A program made the position numbers and the translations under genes. Source: Methanothrix sp. (GTDB lineage Archaea > Halobacteriota > Methanosarcinia > Methanotrichales > Methanotrichaceae). From it: a stretch of 64,000 bases of DNA. Of the stretch, positions 37,425-47,173 are shown piece after piece. Below the pieces are notes generated by a model. The model saw nothing but the letters and a program-made list of their open reading frames with translations. It ran no database searches and was not told the DNA's origin. The stretch covers positions 2,528,001 to 2,592,000 of the forward strand of contig OY821645.1 of the NCBI GenBank assembly GCA_963682135.1, read 5' to 3'. Every line of letters starts with the position of its first letter. Position 1 is the stretch's first letter.

Positions 37425-37934
37425 TTAGGCCTTAGCCAGGCCTTTTGCCTCCCGGGCAATTCGCAGGGCGGCTTCCTTTCGCATCATCTCCACGAACTCT
37501 CGCTGTGTGGCAAAGATCAGAGTCCCAGTCGGACAGGCGGCAACACAGGCCGGAGTGTCCAGATTCTTGCAGCGGTCGCACTTCACAGCCATGCGCACCT
37601 CAGCGTGCCGGCCTATGACCCCGTAAGGGCAGACCATAGCGCACATCCAGCAGCCCACACAATTCTCTTGATTGCGATCGACGATGCCGCTGACCGCATC
37701 CTGGTGCATGCCACCGGTGCGGCAGACGGCAACGCAGGGAGCATCCTCGCAGTGGCGGCAGACGAGAGGCATCTTCTGCCCCTCAGCCATCTCCACATAA
37801 ACGCGGCGCACCGGCCCCGGCTTCTCAGAGACGGCGGCTATTAGGCTCTTGCCGGCGGAATGCTCTACGGCGCAGGCCATCTCGCAGGACTTGCAGCCTA
37901 AACATCTGTCCAGGCGAACGAAGACTTCTTTCAT
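37425..37934 (-). CDS. cooF: CO dehydrogenase iron-sulfur subunit CooF
   Basis: Four 4Fe-4S motifs; directly downstream of cooS. Confidence 0.9.
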   Translation of the reverse strand: MKEVFVRLDRCLGCKSCEMACAVEHSAGKSLIAAVSEKPGPVRRVYVEMAEGQKMPLVCRHCEDAPCVAVCRTGGMHQDAVSGIVDRNQENCVGCWMCAMVCPYGVIGRHAEVRMAVKCDRCKNLDTPACVAACPTGTLIFATQREFVEMMRKEAALRIAREAKGLAKA

Positions 37935-37943
37935 GATTGCCCC

Positions 37944-39791
37944 TCACAGACCCAGCTTCTTGCGCTGGCTGTCGATATGATTTATCATCAATGCAGCGGC
38001 CTTAAACGGATCAGGCTCCACAGCGAAGCATGCTCCGACCACGTCCTTAGCGCCGACGGTGAGCAGTCCGGCAACTGCACTGCTTCCCAATACAGAGGGA
38101 ACAGTTCCCAGCACGGTGTACACTCCCGAGCCCACCACATAAGCTCCAATAGCCACCGCTTTTTCGCTCATCCACTCCGGAGCAGCGCCAGCCGCAGGCA
38201 GGTCGCTTATGTCCACGCCCAGAGCATTGGCAAGCGCCGCAGCTGCTGTCAGAATACGGCTGATGTCCACGCATGAGCCCATATGCAGCACAGGCGGAAT
38301 TCCCAAGGCTTTGCATACTCCTTTTAGGCCATCGCCAGCCATATCGGCAGCCTCGGGGAGGAGCAGACCGGCCTTGGCACAGGCCAGGGCGTTACAGCCG
38401 GTTGTGAGCACAAGCACATTGTTCTTGATTAGCTCTTTTACCATGTTGATGTGGCCATAATCATGAACGATCTTGGGATTGTTGCAGCCGACGACAGCTC
38501 CAATTCCCCGCACAGCGCCGCTCTTGATGGCACCGATAAGCGGATCCAGTGTTCCTCCCAGGGCACCCACAATCGTCTCTACTGAGAAGCCCACCATGCA
38601 TTTGGACTTTTCATTGGGAATGTGGATCTTGGCAGGATTGCGGTTCTTGTAGTTTTGGACCGCCGCCGAGACGATGGATTTGGCCGTCTCCAGGGCAGTC
38701 TCTTCATGAAACTCCATGTGCACAGCGCCCGGGAATTTAGCCTTGGGGGAGGTGGAGATGAATTTGGTGTGAAAGCACCCAGCGAGAGCTCCCAGGGCGG
38801 GCATGACGCACTGCACATCTACAATCATGGCATCCACCGCGCCTGTGGCCACGGCCAGCTCTTGCTGCAGGAAGTTGCCTGCTGACGGCACGCCGTGACG
38901 CATGAGGACCTCATTTCCAGTGCAGCAAATTCCAGCCACGTTTATGCCCACTGCGCCTTGCTTCTTGGCCAGCTCCACCATTTCCGGGTCTGCAGCTGCC
39001 GCCACGATCATCTCAGACAGAAGGGGCTCATGACCATGCACTATGACGTTGACCTGATTGGGCTCCAGGACCCCCAGGTTGGCCTCGGAAAATGCGGGCG
39101 TGGGTGTGCCGAAGAGAATGTCCTGCAGCTCCGTGGCGATCATGGAGCCGCCCCAGCCGTCGGCAAGGCCAGTGCGTAGTCCCTGCAAAATCAGGCTCAC
39201 GTAATCGTTGTCAACCCCCATATGGGTGCGATGCATGCACTCCACAATCTCCCGGTCAATGCCGCGCGGCTCAATGCCCAGTTTTTTCCATAGCTCCAGT
39301 CGCTTGGCCGGAGCCCGGCGGGTGAACTGGAGGGGTCCATCTTGTTTGCCGAACTGGGCCATGATGGCATCTGCCAGGGCAATTTGAGTTTCTACACCGT
39401 ACTCCGCCATGAGGCGCTCCAGCTTGGCCTGATCTTTAATGTTGTAGGAAGGGGCCTCGCCCATAACTACAGCCCGGAAGGTATGGGCTACGTCGCGAGC
39501 GTGATCGGAGTGGGCTGAAGCTCCTGCGGCGATGCTGCGCAGAAGATTACGGGCAACGATTATATCAGCCGTTGCTCCGCAGACGCCTTTGGTGGCTCCT
39601 TCTCCAAAGGGATCTATGCGGCATGGTCCCATGTTGCAGTTTCGACAGCACAGTCCCAGCTCACCAAAACCGCATTGTGGCTGTTGTTTTTCGAAGCGAT
39701 CCCAGGCAGTCTCCAGACCGGCCCTCTGGCAGACATCAAGCATCTCCCGGCTGGCGGGATCTATGGATCTATCACGAACATCCTTTGCCAT
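37944..39791 (-). CDS. cooS: Anaerobic Ni-Fe CO dehydrogenase catalytic subunit CooS
   Basis: CGFGELGLCCRNCNMGPC, HGHEP, CCTGNE, GCNN, TTGC, HMGSCVD, WMSEKA. Confidence 0.97.
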   Translation of the reverse strand: MAKDVRDRSIDPASREMLDVCQRAGLETAWDRFEKQQPQCGFGELGLCCRNCNMGPCRIDPFGEGATKGVCGATADIIVARNLLRSIAAGASAHSDHARDVAHTFRAVVMGEAPSYNIKDQAKLERLMAEYGVETQIALADAIMAQFGKQDGPLQFTRRAPAKRLELWKKLGIEPRGIDREIVECMHRTHMGVDNDYVSLILQGLRTGLADGWGGSMIATELQDILFGTPTPAFSEANLGVLEPNQVNVIVHGHEPLLSEMIVAAAADPEMVELAKKQGAVGINVAGICCTGNEVLMRHGVPSAGNFLQQELAVATGAVDAMIVDVQCVMPALGALAGCFHTKFISTSPKAKFPGAVHMEFHEETALETAKSIVSAAVQNYKNRNPAKIHIPNEKSKCMVGFSVETIVGALGGTLDPLIGAIKSGAVRGIGAVVGCNNPKIVHDYGHINMVKELIKNNVLVLTTGCNALACAKAGLLLPEAADMAGDGLKGVCKALGIPPVLHMGSCVDISRILTAAAALANALGVDISDLPAAGAAPEWMSEKAVAIGAYVVGSGVYTVLGTVPSVLGSSAVAGLLTVGAKDVVGACFAVEPDPFKAAALMINHIDSQRKKLGL

Positions 39792-40179
39792 ATCAGTACC
39801 TCTATAATAAATCCTGAGCACAATTTAGGTGCGAATCCGCCTACTACTATTTAATGTTAATCTATTTTATTTTAAATTATTTAAGAAAGTTTTGAAAAAG
39901 AAATCCTATAAGTGTGAAATCTATTTGAGTCCATAAAAACAAAATGCTCTGGTTACATCATTGGTCGTTTAATTAATGAGATCTTTTTCACCAATTGTTA
40001 GCTACTATAATATCCTAGCATATTTTTAATATTAGAACATGCTTTCATCTAATCAGATGCACGAGTGAAGATAGGATTAAGGGAGGGATGCGGGTAATCA
40101 TCCCATCCTGTTTTCTTGATGTTTTTCATGTGAACATGTATCCGAAACCTCTTTATATTCTTCAAGGCACTTCTCCCTT

Positions 40180-40752
40180 ATGAAAAATTCATTCTCTGTT
40201 CTTCTCATCACTCTCCTCTTGCTCCTGGCCGACCAGGCCGGTGCATCCTTTTGGTTCCGGGTGATTGAAATCACGCCCATTGAGATGACGCCCAATAGCA
40301 TAGCCAACTTTACCGTCTCTGTTAAGGGCATGGGCAGCGAGAGAGCCTATGTCGAGCTGGTCTTCAGGAACAAGACCAAAGGATTCGATTTCTCATGCCC
40401 TAAGATGATCAAAAACGTCTTTCCGGCAGGCGTGACTCAATACAATTGCAGCGTTAAGGCAGCCGATGTGCCGCCTGGCAACTATTCTTTTGTAGTGGAC
40501 GTTGCCGCCACAGGATCGCCATCCGGCAAGAAGACCGGCTTTATCAATGTGCTGGCGGCGAATGGCGGCAGGTCAATTGAGCCGCAAGCTGGGTCGATGC
40601 CAACCGGGCCGACGCTGCAAGTATATAATGCATCCCAGGCCGACGAAGGCGCAGCAGAAAAGCCCCTGGCCCAGACCCAGAATACGCCGGCACCCGGGGC
40701 AGTAGCGGCCATTCTTGCCATGCTGCTTGTCTTGCGCAGGATGGCTGAATAA
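40180..40752 (+). CDS. Cell-surface protein with PGF-CTERM-like sorting signal
   Basis: Signal peptide; C-terminal TPAPG + hydrophobic helix + RR. Confidence 0.8.
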   Translation: MKNSFSVLLITLLLLLADQAGASFWFRVIEITPIEMTPNSIANFTVSVKGMGSERAYVELVFRNKTKGFDFSCPKMIKNVFPAGVTQYNCSVKAADVPPGNYSFVVDVAATGSPSGKKTGFINVLAANGGRSIEPQAGSMPTGPTLQVYNASQADEGAAEKPLAQTQNTPAPGAVAAILAMLLVLRRMAE

Positions 40753-40886
40753 TTATCTTAACCAGTAAATAACTTTTTGGTTACTGAAAAACCAGGCCAA
40801 GCAGGACAGCATAGATTGTGTTTCATGATATCCATAAATAATTTGCCCAAAACATTTTCATACTACTATCATATAATCACCAGAAG

Positions 40887-41516
40887 ATGAGAGTTAGCGC
40901 TAGATTAATCATGGCTTTGTTGGTAAGCACGGTCTATTGGATAAGCTTGATCGTGATCACAATCAGCATGCCGTTGACAGTTGCGCAGTCTCCTGCGGCC
41001 TGCGCTGTCACTTCGCCATCATATCCGAGAATCTTGGACTTTGATTTTTCACCCAGAGAATTAATTCTGGATAATGGTTCTTCACAGATCGTCCTTCAAA
41101 CTCATCTTGCCGATGAGAACGGAGATATAGAATCTATCGAAGCAGTCTTTTCCAGTCCTTCACAAAACCAGTCCGTAGCAGCCTACATGAATTCGACAAA
41201 TCTGATATCTGGAGATGCCAGCAGCGGCAACTATTCCGCTAATTTGTCCTTTTCTTCCTCCAGCCAAGTGGGTACTTGGACGGTCGAGCATCTGACTGTC
41301 TGCGATAGGGCGGGAGATTGCAGGAGAATTAATGCCACCGCGGCAGAAACACTGGGCTTTCCGGCAAAGCTGCAAATCATCAAAAGAAGAGCAATTAATC
41401 TCGGCCTTGATCCAAATGAGCTTCGTGGCTGGGCCAATACCGACAAAAGGTTCTCCGCCCAAAGGAAGATCATCATTAACAGCGTCTTCAACCGACCTTC
41501 TATCTGCTGGCCGTAA
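40887..41516 (+). CDS. Secreted/membrane hypothetical protein (beta-rich, possibly Ig-like)
   Basis: Hydrophobic N-terminus; LISGD...G.Y...GTWTV..L.V.DRAG. Confidence 0.7.
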   Translation: MRVSARLIMALLVSTVYWISLIVITISMPLTVAQSPAACAVTSPSYPRILDFDFSPRELILDNGSSQIVLQTHLADENGDIESIEAVFSSPSQNQSVAAYMNSTNLISGDASSGNYSANLSFSSSSQVGTWTVEHLTVCDRAGDCRRINATAAETLGFPAKLQIIKRRAINLGLDPNELRGWANTDKRFSAQRKIIINSVFNRPSICWP

Positions 41517-41533
41517 TCTAGATCAGCTCTTCA

Positions 41534-42529
41534 TCATTTCTTTTCATCATCCATCTCCCAGCCCAGTCGCTCCCTGATGATCTGGTAGCTCATCTCTGGA
41601 GGTATGGCTCCCACCTCGGTGCAGATCAGGTCGATGTACTGGTGCGGCGTAACATCAAAGGCCGGATTTCTTACCCGGACATGGCTGTACTTGGAAATGT
41701 CTGCCAGGACCTCGCTGGATTCGCGCTCTTCGATGGTTACCAGTTCGCCCAGGAGTGTCTGTGGGCTGAACTTGTAGGTCTCGGCGGCTACTATGAAACT
41801 GGTTCTGGCCTCATGGGCTGCGAGGGCTATCTGGGCTGTGCCTATCTTATTTACCAGAGTTCCGTTAGCTGTTATCACATCTGCTCCCACTACCACCAGG
41901 TCAACTTCATTCATGACGCTCCTGGCAGCTGAATCAACAATCAGCTCCGTCTCGATTCCCATGCGATCCAACATGCCGATAGTAGTAATACCCTGATATC
42001 TGGGTCGCGATTCGGTGGCTATCACCTTGATCTTCTTTCCAGACTTATGGGCGGTACTGATAACGGAGAGTGCTGCCAGAGAATTGCAGTGGGTGAGCAC
42101 GGTAGCGCCATCTCTTATCCTGCGGCTACCGATCTGGCCGATTCTCTCCAGAGCTTTTTCGGATATCTCGATGAAGCGATCGGCATTAAGAACAACTGCC
42201 TGGCGAGCCGATTGCAGTTCTTCTGTATTGTACTTCATCACCATGCGTATGGCGTTGGAGAGGGAGACTGCTGTGGGCCTGGTCTTGAGAAGAATGTCGG
42301 CTGCCCTTCCCATCTGAATATTGAAATCATCAAGGCTTTGCGTTTGTATGGCCTGTGAGAAATCACGCAGAGATGCTGCCGCAGCAGTGGCAATTCGACC
42401 TGCACCTCTAATTTCCATGCTGCGAATCTTGGCAGAAGTATCCAGTACCTGGTCCATCGGTTTCATTCTGCTTTCATTGAACGCATTTAGGATAAATTCA
42501 TTTCCTATATCTTTGACCATTACATCCAA
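41534..42529 (-). CDS. Ribose-1,5-bisphosphate isomerase (eIF2B-like family)
   Basis: IRSMEIRGAG, TRPTAVSL, LTHCNS, TESRP, VGAD, NKIGT, NPAFDVTP. Start probably a downstream Met. Confidence 0.9.
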   Translation of the reverse strand: MDVMVKDIGNEFILNAFNESRMKPMDQVLDTSAKIRSMEIRGAGRIATAAAASLRDFSQAIQTQSLDDFNIQMGRAADILLKTRPTAVSLSNAIRMVMKYNTEELQSARQAVVLNADRFIEISEKALERIGQIGSRRIRDGATVLTHCNSLAALSVISTAHKSGKKIKVIATESRPRYQGITTIGMLDRMGIETELIVDSAARSVMNEVDLVVVGADVITANGTLVNKIGTAQIALAAHEARTSFIVAAETYKFSPQTLLGELVTIEERESSEVLADISKYSHVRVRNPAFDVTPHQYIDLICTEVGAIPPEMSYQIIRERLGWEMDDEKK

Positions 42530-42574
42530 AAATTATTAATATAACCGATACAACTAGTCATTGGGAGTTGGGAG

Positions 42575-43150
42575 TTGATGGAGGAGAACGATCAGGAGTT
42601 TTTGCGTGCGCTTCATGAAGAGAAGATTAGAACGCAAAACGAACGCACACAGCTTGTTACTATGAAGCTGGCCTTTATTACCGTTCTATTTGGCCTCAGC
42701 TCCGTAAATGTAGGAATCGATATCTCTGATATATTTTGGCTGCTTTACTTTGTCCCTCTGGTGGCCATAAGCTACGATCTCTATATCATGTCCGCCGACT
42801 CTCGGATCAAGCGCGTGGGCATCTTTCTGGGTAGAAATCCCGTATCATTGACAGGCAAAGCAGAACGGGAATGGGAGCGCTTTTGTACTTCTTATCGAGA
42901 TGGTATGGCCCCTTCCGCTAATCTGTTCTTCTCAACCATTGTAACCCTGGGCGCTGCTGCTTTTATCCTCTCTCAGGGTCTCTCTCCAGGAGGCTCGACG
43001 GAGAGACTAATGCGACTGTGGTTTGCCGTCTGGCTGGTAGTCTCTCTGACGGTAATCGTCATCCTGTGGATAAGGCATCAGATGCTCATCAAAACCATCG
43101 GCGACTACAAGCTGCTTAAAAAGGATAAACAAACCGCTCCCGTCAGCTGA
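42575..43150 (+). CDS. Hypothetical membrane protein (about 4 TM)
   Basis: 191 aa ORF with four hydrophobic segments and GGGAG upstream. Confidence 0.7.
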   Translation: MMEENDQEFLRALHEEKIRTQNERTQLVTMKLAFITVLFGLSSVNVGIDISDIFWLLYFVPLVAISYDLYIMSADSRIKRVGIFLGRNPVSLTGKAEREWERFCTSYRDGMAPSANLFFSTIVTLGAAAFILSQGLSPGGSTERLMRLWFAVWLVVSLTVIVILWIRHQMLIKTIGDYKLLKKDKQTAPVS

Positions 43151-43284
43151 TGCGCTCATTTTGTTTTCTTCTTTCATTTCAAGGAAACCTTAATAAAAGC
43201 CTAGACCCAAGATGATGAGATACAATTTCCCCAGTCGAATATCAATTGCCAATAAATCAATATTCAGGATCGGTGGAGTTTCTA

Positions 43285-44118
43285 ATGACTATTAAGGAAA
43301 AAGAGATCAAGAGAGCTGTAAAAGAAGGCTATGCTCGAATTGCAAAGCAGGCTACATCTTATTATTCGTCCCGAAGCTGCTGCGGCTGCAGTGATATTCC
43401 TGAAGCGAAAAGCAAGAGTATGGGCTATTCTGATGAGGAGATCTCAGCCGTTCCCCCGGAATCGAATATGGGACTGGGTTGCGGCAACCCCGTGGCTCTT
43501 GCATCCTTGAAAGAGGGAGAGGTCGTTTTGGATATGGGGGCGGGAGGCGGACTCGACTGCTTCCTGGCCTCCTTTCGAGTGGGTGCATCAGGAAAAGTCA
43601 TAGGCGTGGATATCACATCGGAGATGGTCGATCGCGCCAGGTCCAACGCCCGCAAAGGCGGATATACAAATATCGATTTCCGGCAGGGAGACCTCGAGAA
43701 TATGCCGGTGGCGGACAGATATGTGGACGTAGTCATCTCCAACTGCGCCATCAATCTCATTCCCAACAAGAATATGGCCTTCAGAGAGGCTTTTCGAGTT
43801 CTCAAGCCCGGCGGAAGGTTAGCGGTTTCTGATGTGGTATTGACCAAAGAGCTGCCGGATTTTGTGAAGAGTTCCAGCAAAGCCTACATCGGCTGCCTGG
43901 CCGGAGCCATCATGAAGGACGAATACCTGAATATAATTAGAGGTGTGGGCTTTTCAGAGGTTAATGTGGTAGCCGAGTCGAGCTTTCCTGTAAAATCACT
44001 CCTATGTGAAACCGCCGGACCGGCAGTGATTGAGATGCCAAGCATTTCCGAAGAGCAGCAGAAGGAAGTTGCAGATTCTGTTCTAAGCATAAAGGTCAGT
44101 GCGCGCAAACCTAAGTAG
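43285..44118 (+). CDS. arsM: Arsenite methyltransferase
   Basis: SCCGC, GLGCGNP, VLDMGAGGGLDCF, ISNCAINL, GCLAGA. Confidence 0.9.
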   Translation: MTIKEKEIKRAVKEGYARIAKQATSYYSSRSCCGCSDIPEAKSKSMGYSDEEISAVPPESNMGLGCGNPVALASLKEGEVVLDMGAGGGLDCFLASFRVGASGKVIGVDITSEMVDRARSNARKGGYTNIDFRQGDLENMPVADRYVDVVISNCAINLIPNKNMAFREAFRVLKPGGRLAVSDVVLTKELPDFVKSSSKAYIGCLAGAIMKDEYLNIIRGVGFSEVNVVAESSFPVKSLLCETAGPAVIEMPSISEEQQKEVADSVLSIKVSARKPK

Positions 44119-45171
44119 ATGATTTCGATGAAGGTCGGTTTACCATTTTTTCTGGCAATTATCATAGCATCATCTGCATTGGTCCCACATGCACAGGCAG
44201 GCTGCTCTGTGGGTGGCTGCGGAAGTGGCAGTGACTCCTGGTTAGAATCGGCTCAGACTTTCATGAACTCTGATGTTCCCCTTGTAGGCGTAACCGGAAA
44301 TAAGAACACAAACAGCATCAGTACGGGAAGCTTCCGGGCTGGCCAGCCTACAGGCGAAGCTGTGACCAAGAGCGTCAACAGCACAGAGTCAAGCACAGTC
44401 TCAAGCATCAATGGCGTGTATGTAGCGACCGGCAGCAGGGCCGATTCATTCCCGGCTCCTGGCATGCTAAAATCTCTGGACGCCATATCTGAAAAGGAAG
44501 TGGTGCTGGATGTATCCAGCCGTCGCTCCCCTGGCCAGGCTCATATCAGAGGCAGCGTCAATATACCTGCCGAGAGCTTTTTTTATGGAAATGGAACGCT
44601 GCGGAATGTTTCCGAGCTGGAGGCGATCTTGAGCGGGGGCGGCATCTCCCAGAAGGATGCATTGATAGTCTACTCCGACTCATTTAGCTCTGGAGAAGCA
44701 ATCGCAGTTCTCTATGCGCTGCGCTACCTGGGACATGATGATGTTAGGGCATTGGACGGCGGACTTGACAATTGGATTGCGGCGAGTCTGCCCATGGAGA
44801 CAAAGGAAAATGTGCGCTCACCTGTAAGTTACGTTGCCCGTCCCAGATCGGAGCTTTTGGTCGATTATGATTATGTCAAATCCGGTCAGGTTCAGATGGT
44901 AGATGCCAGGAGCTTTCAGGAATTCGGAAAATCCAGAATTCTCAATGCCACATTCATCCCCCCTGAAAATGTGCTGGACGAAGGGAGGCTGAAGAATGGG
45001 ACGGATCTGCGGGATACCTTCGCTCGATTGAACTCCAGCCGGACGGTAGTTGTCTACTCGGATGATATTTATGGGGCATCAGTAGTGTGGTTTGCCCTGC
45101 AGCTCATGGGATATGATGCCAGGATTTACTCCTGGCGGGATTGGCAAGCCCGTGAGGTCATACCGATCTAA
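44119..45171 (+). CDS. Secreted tandem rhodanese-domain protein
   Basis: Signal peptide, AHIRGSVNI, LDGGLDNW, VDARS, second rhodanese domain. Confidence 0.85.
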   Translation: MISMKVGLPFFLAIIIASSALVPHAQAGCSVGGCGSGSDSWLESAQTFMNSDVPLVGVTGNKNTNSISTGSFRAGQPTGEAVTKSVNSTESSTVSSINGVYVATGSRADSFPAPGMLKSLDAISEKEVVLDVSSRRSPGQAHIRGSVNIPAESFFYGNGTLRNVSELEAILSGGGISQKDALIVYSDSFSSGEAIAVLYALRYLGHDDVRALDGGLDNWIAASLPMETKENVRSPVSYVARPRSELLVDYDYVKSGQVQMVDARSFQEFGKSRILNATFIPPENVLDEGRLKNGTDLRDTFARLNSSRTVVVYSDDIYGASVVWFALQLMGYDARIYSWRDWQAREVIPI

Positions 45172-45615
45172 ATTCCTTCCGCAGCTGCAGCTCGGGCAAG
45201 AGCTGTAGCTCTCCCCATCCCCGGCGATCTCATCGTCACAGATTACCTCCATTCTGTCCAGCTCCCACTCCGGCGGCTTCCTGCCATCCTCTGCGTAAGA
45301 TGTCGCTTCGCCAACAGTCGCCGTGGCGCTGGCTTTCGCCATCCCCCCGCCTGAGCCGTCCAGGGCATGAACCTCTGCCAGGGCAGCGTTAACGAACCTG
45401 CCGTTCTGCGCTCACATTAGCTCTATTATGCAGAAGGATGCGATGCCATATCATCCGGTCTTCTGCGGCGTCGACTCGCGCCTGCTTTTCCAGGAGCAGA
45501 CCAGGCGAGCCGCAATTCAACCAGCCGAACCGGATGACGCTCATATTGCCGGCAGTTACCCATTCGTCGTTATGCCCACCAGAGGCGTAGGCCACATTGA
45601 CCAGCTCATCCTGGG
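45168..45615 (-). pseudogene. Fragmented remnant of a large secreted surface protein (DUF11-like repeats)
   Basis: Pieces in different frames: LVNVAYASGGHNDEWVTAGN..FGWLNC, NGRFVNAALAEVHALDGSG..A.ASATA.V, EDGRKPPEW; no usable start. Confidence 0.5.
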
Positions 45616-45698
45616 GGGGCGGTTAAATTCAGCCGCAGGCTGATGATCATAGTGTAGTTTAAGAGATGAGACTAGTATTACAAAATTTGATTTTGAGG

Positions 45699-46181
45699 TC
45701 AGGCGCAGGGCAGGTACCCGTCCTCGCACATGTGATTCTTGGCCACTATGATCTGCTCATTGATGGAGAAGTTACCCACGAACATGTGATTGATGCGCGT
45801 CACCTCGTACTTCGGGCCCCACATCTCCGGATTCGCCCTATCCGGATCCAGTACCAGGTAACCGATGCGCCCAATGCCGATGAAATCCGCATCTATGTTT
45901 ATCTCAGTGAGATTGGGAAGAGCCAACAGTCTCATCTTGGTGGAGAGACGTGTGGCATCGGTAAACTCTTTGGTGGCACTCATCCTCATGGGATAGTTGT
46001 GCAGATTGGTGCTCTCTCGAAACTTCTGGTCGTAAGAGAATAGATGAGCATTGGGATTGCTCTTGCTGCCTATCTCCATCACATAATGCTCGGCGAATGC
46101 CGGGCTCATGGCAATGCATTGGACAAAAATGAAAGAAATGACGAGAATCATCAGTCCCAAAAATGTCGCTTTTGTCTTCAT
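45699..46181 (-). CDS. Secreted hypothetical protein
   Basis: Signal peptide; C-terminal FVGNFSI...YLPCA. Confidence 0.75.
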   Translation of the reverse strand: MKTKATFLGLMILVISFIFVQCIAMSPAFAEHYVMEIGSKSNPNAHLFSYDQKFRESTNLHNYPMRMSATKEFTDATRLSTKMRLLALPNLTEINIDADFIGIGRIGYLVLDPDRANPEMWGPKYEVTRINHMFVGNFSINEQIIVAKNHMCEDGYLPCA

Positions 46182-46200
46182 TTTTGCCTCAATATTTTTC

Positions 46201-47112
46201 TTAAACTCCCTGGAAGAGGTTCCAGAGGTATTCTTCAGATAGCTCGCCCGAGCAGACCGTTACCGCCGGTCCTTCCATGAAGGCTTTGCCCTCTTCAAAG
46301 CTGATCAGCAAAGGCCCGCCTTTAGTCTGCACCATAACCTCATCATCCACCAGTCCCAGACGGCGGGCCACACTGGCGGCGGCCACAGATCCCGTACCGC
46401 AGGAGAGTGTCTCTCCTTCCACACCCCTCTCGAAGGTCCTGATTTCCAGAGGCTGGCCGGCCTTGACAAAATTCACATTTGCTCCTTCCGGAAAGAGGCT
46501 GTTGTGTCTTATGAATGGAGCAGCTTTCATAATATCAAAATCCATATCCCCAATGAAAACAACTGCATGAGGGACACCAGTATTGACCGCCGATACCCTG
46601 CAGCCCTCGATATCCTCGGAGATGAGTTCGCCCTGGCCGCAGGCCGGTATGGAAGATCGGTCAAACATGGGCACCCCCATATTCACCTTGGCCCAAAAAG
46701 AGCCGTCCCTGTCTCGTACCTGCACAGGAATTATGCCGGCTAAAGTCTCCACATCGAAGAACTCGCCCACATATCCCGTGTCCCAGGCATACTTGGCCAG
46801 ACAGCGTATGCCGTTGCCGCACATCTCTGCCTCTGAGCCATCCGGCTGAATGATCCTCATACCGAGATCGGCTCGCGAGCTGTTTGTCAAGAACAAAACC
46901 CCATCTGCACCTATGCCAAAATGGCGATGGCAGAGGCCAATGGCAAACCTTCTCTTCTCGCTCTCCACTACTTGCTCGCGATTCATCTCATCTACCAGGA
47001 TGAAGTCGTTGCCGTTCCCATGCAGCTTGGTGAAGCTCAGGCTGTAAGGCCGAAAGGGATCGTCATCAAGCTCTATCTCAGAAATATCTGCCAGCTTCAT
47101 TTTATATACCAT
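46201..47112 (-). CDS. dapF: Diaminopimelate epimerase
   Basis: KLHGNGNDF, GIGADG, AEMCGNG, NTGVPH, ERGVEGETLSCGTG. Confidence 0.96.
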   Translation of the reverse strand: MVYKMKLADISEIELDDDPFRPYSLSFTKLHGNGNDFILVDEMNREQVVESEKRRFAIGLCHRHFGIGADGVLFLTNSSRADLGMRIIQPDGSEAEMCGNGIRCLAKYAWDTGYVGEFFDVETLAGIIPVQVRDRDGSFWAKVNMGVPMFDRSSIPACGQGELISEDIEGCRVSAVNTGVPHAVVFIGDMDFDIMKAAPFIRHNSLFPEGANVNFVKAGQPLEIRTFERGVEGETLSCGTGSVAAASVARRLGLVDDEVMVQTKGGPLLISFEEGKAFMEGPAVTVCSGELSEEYLWNLFQGV

Positions 47113-47173
47113 GCACCTTTTTACTTAGCTTGTGCTGATGTACGCTAATCGTGCTGATGTGTGGTGATGTCAT

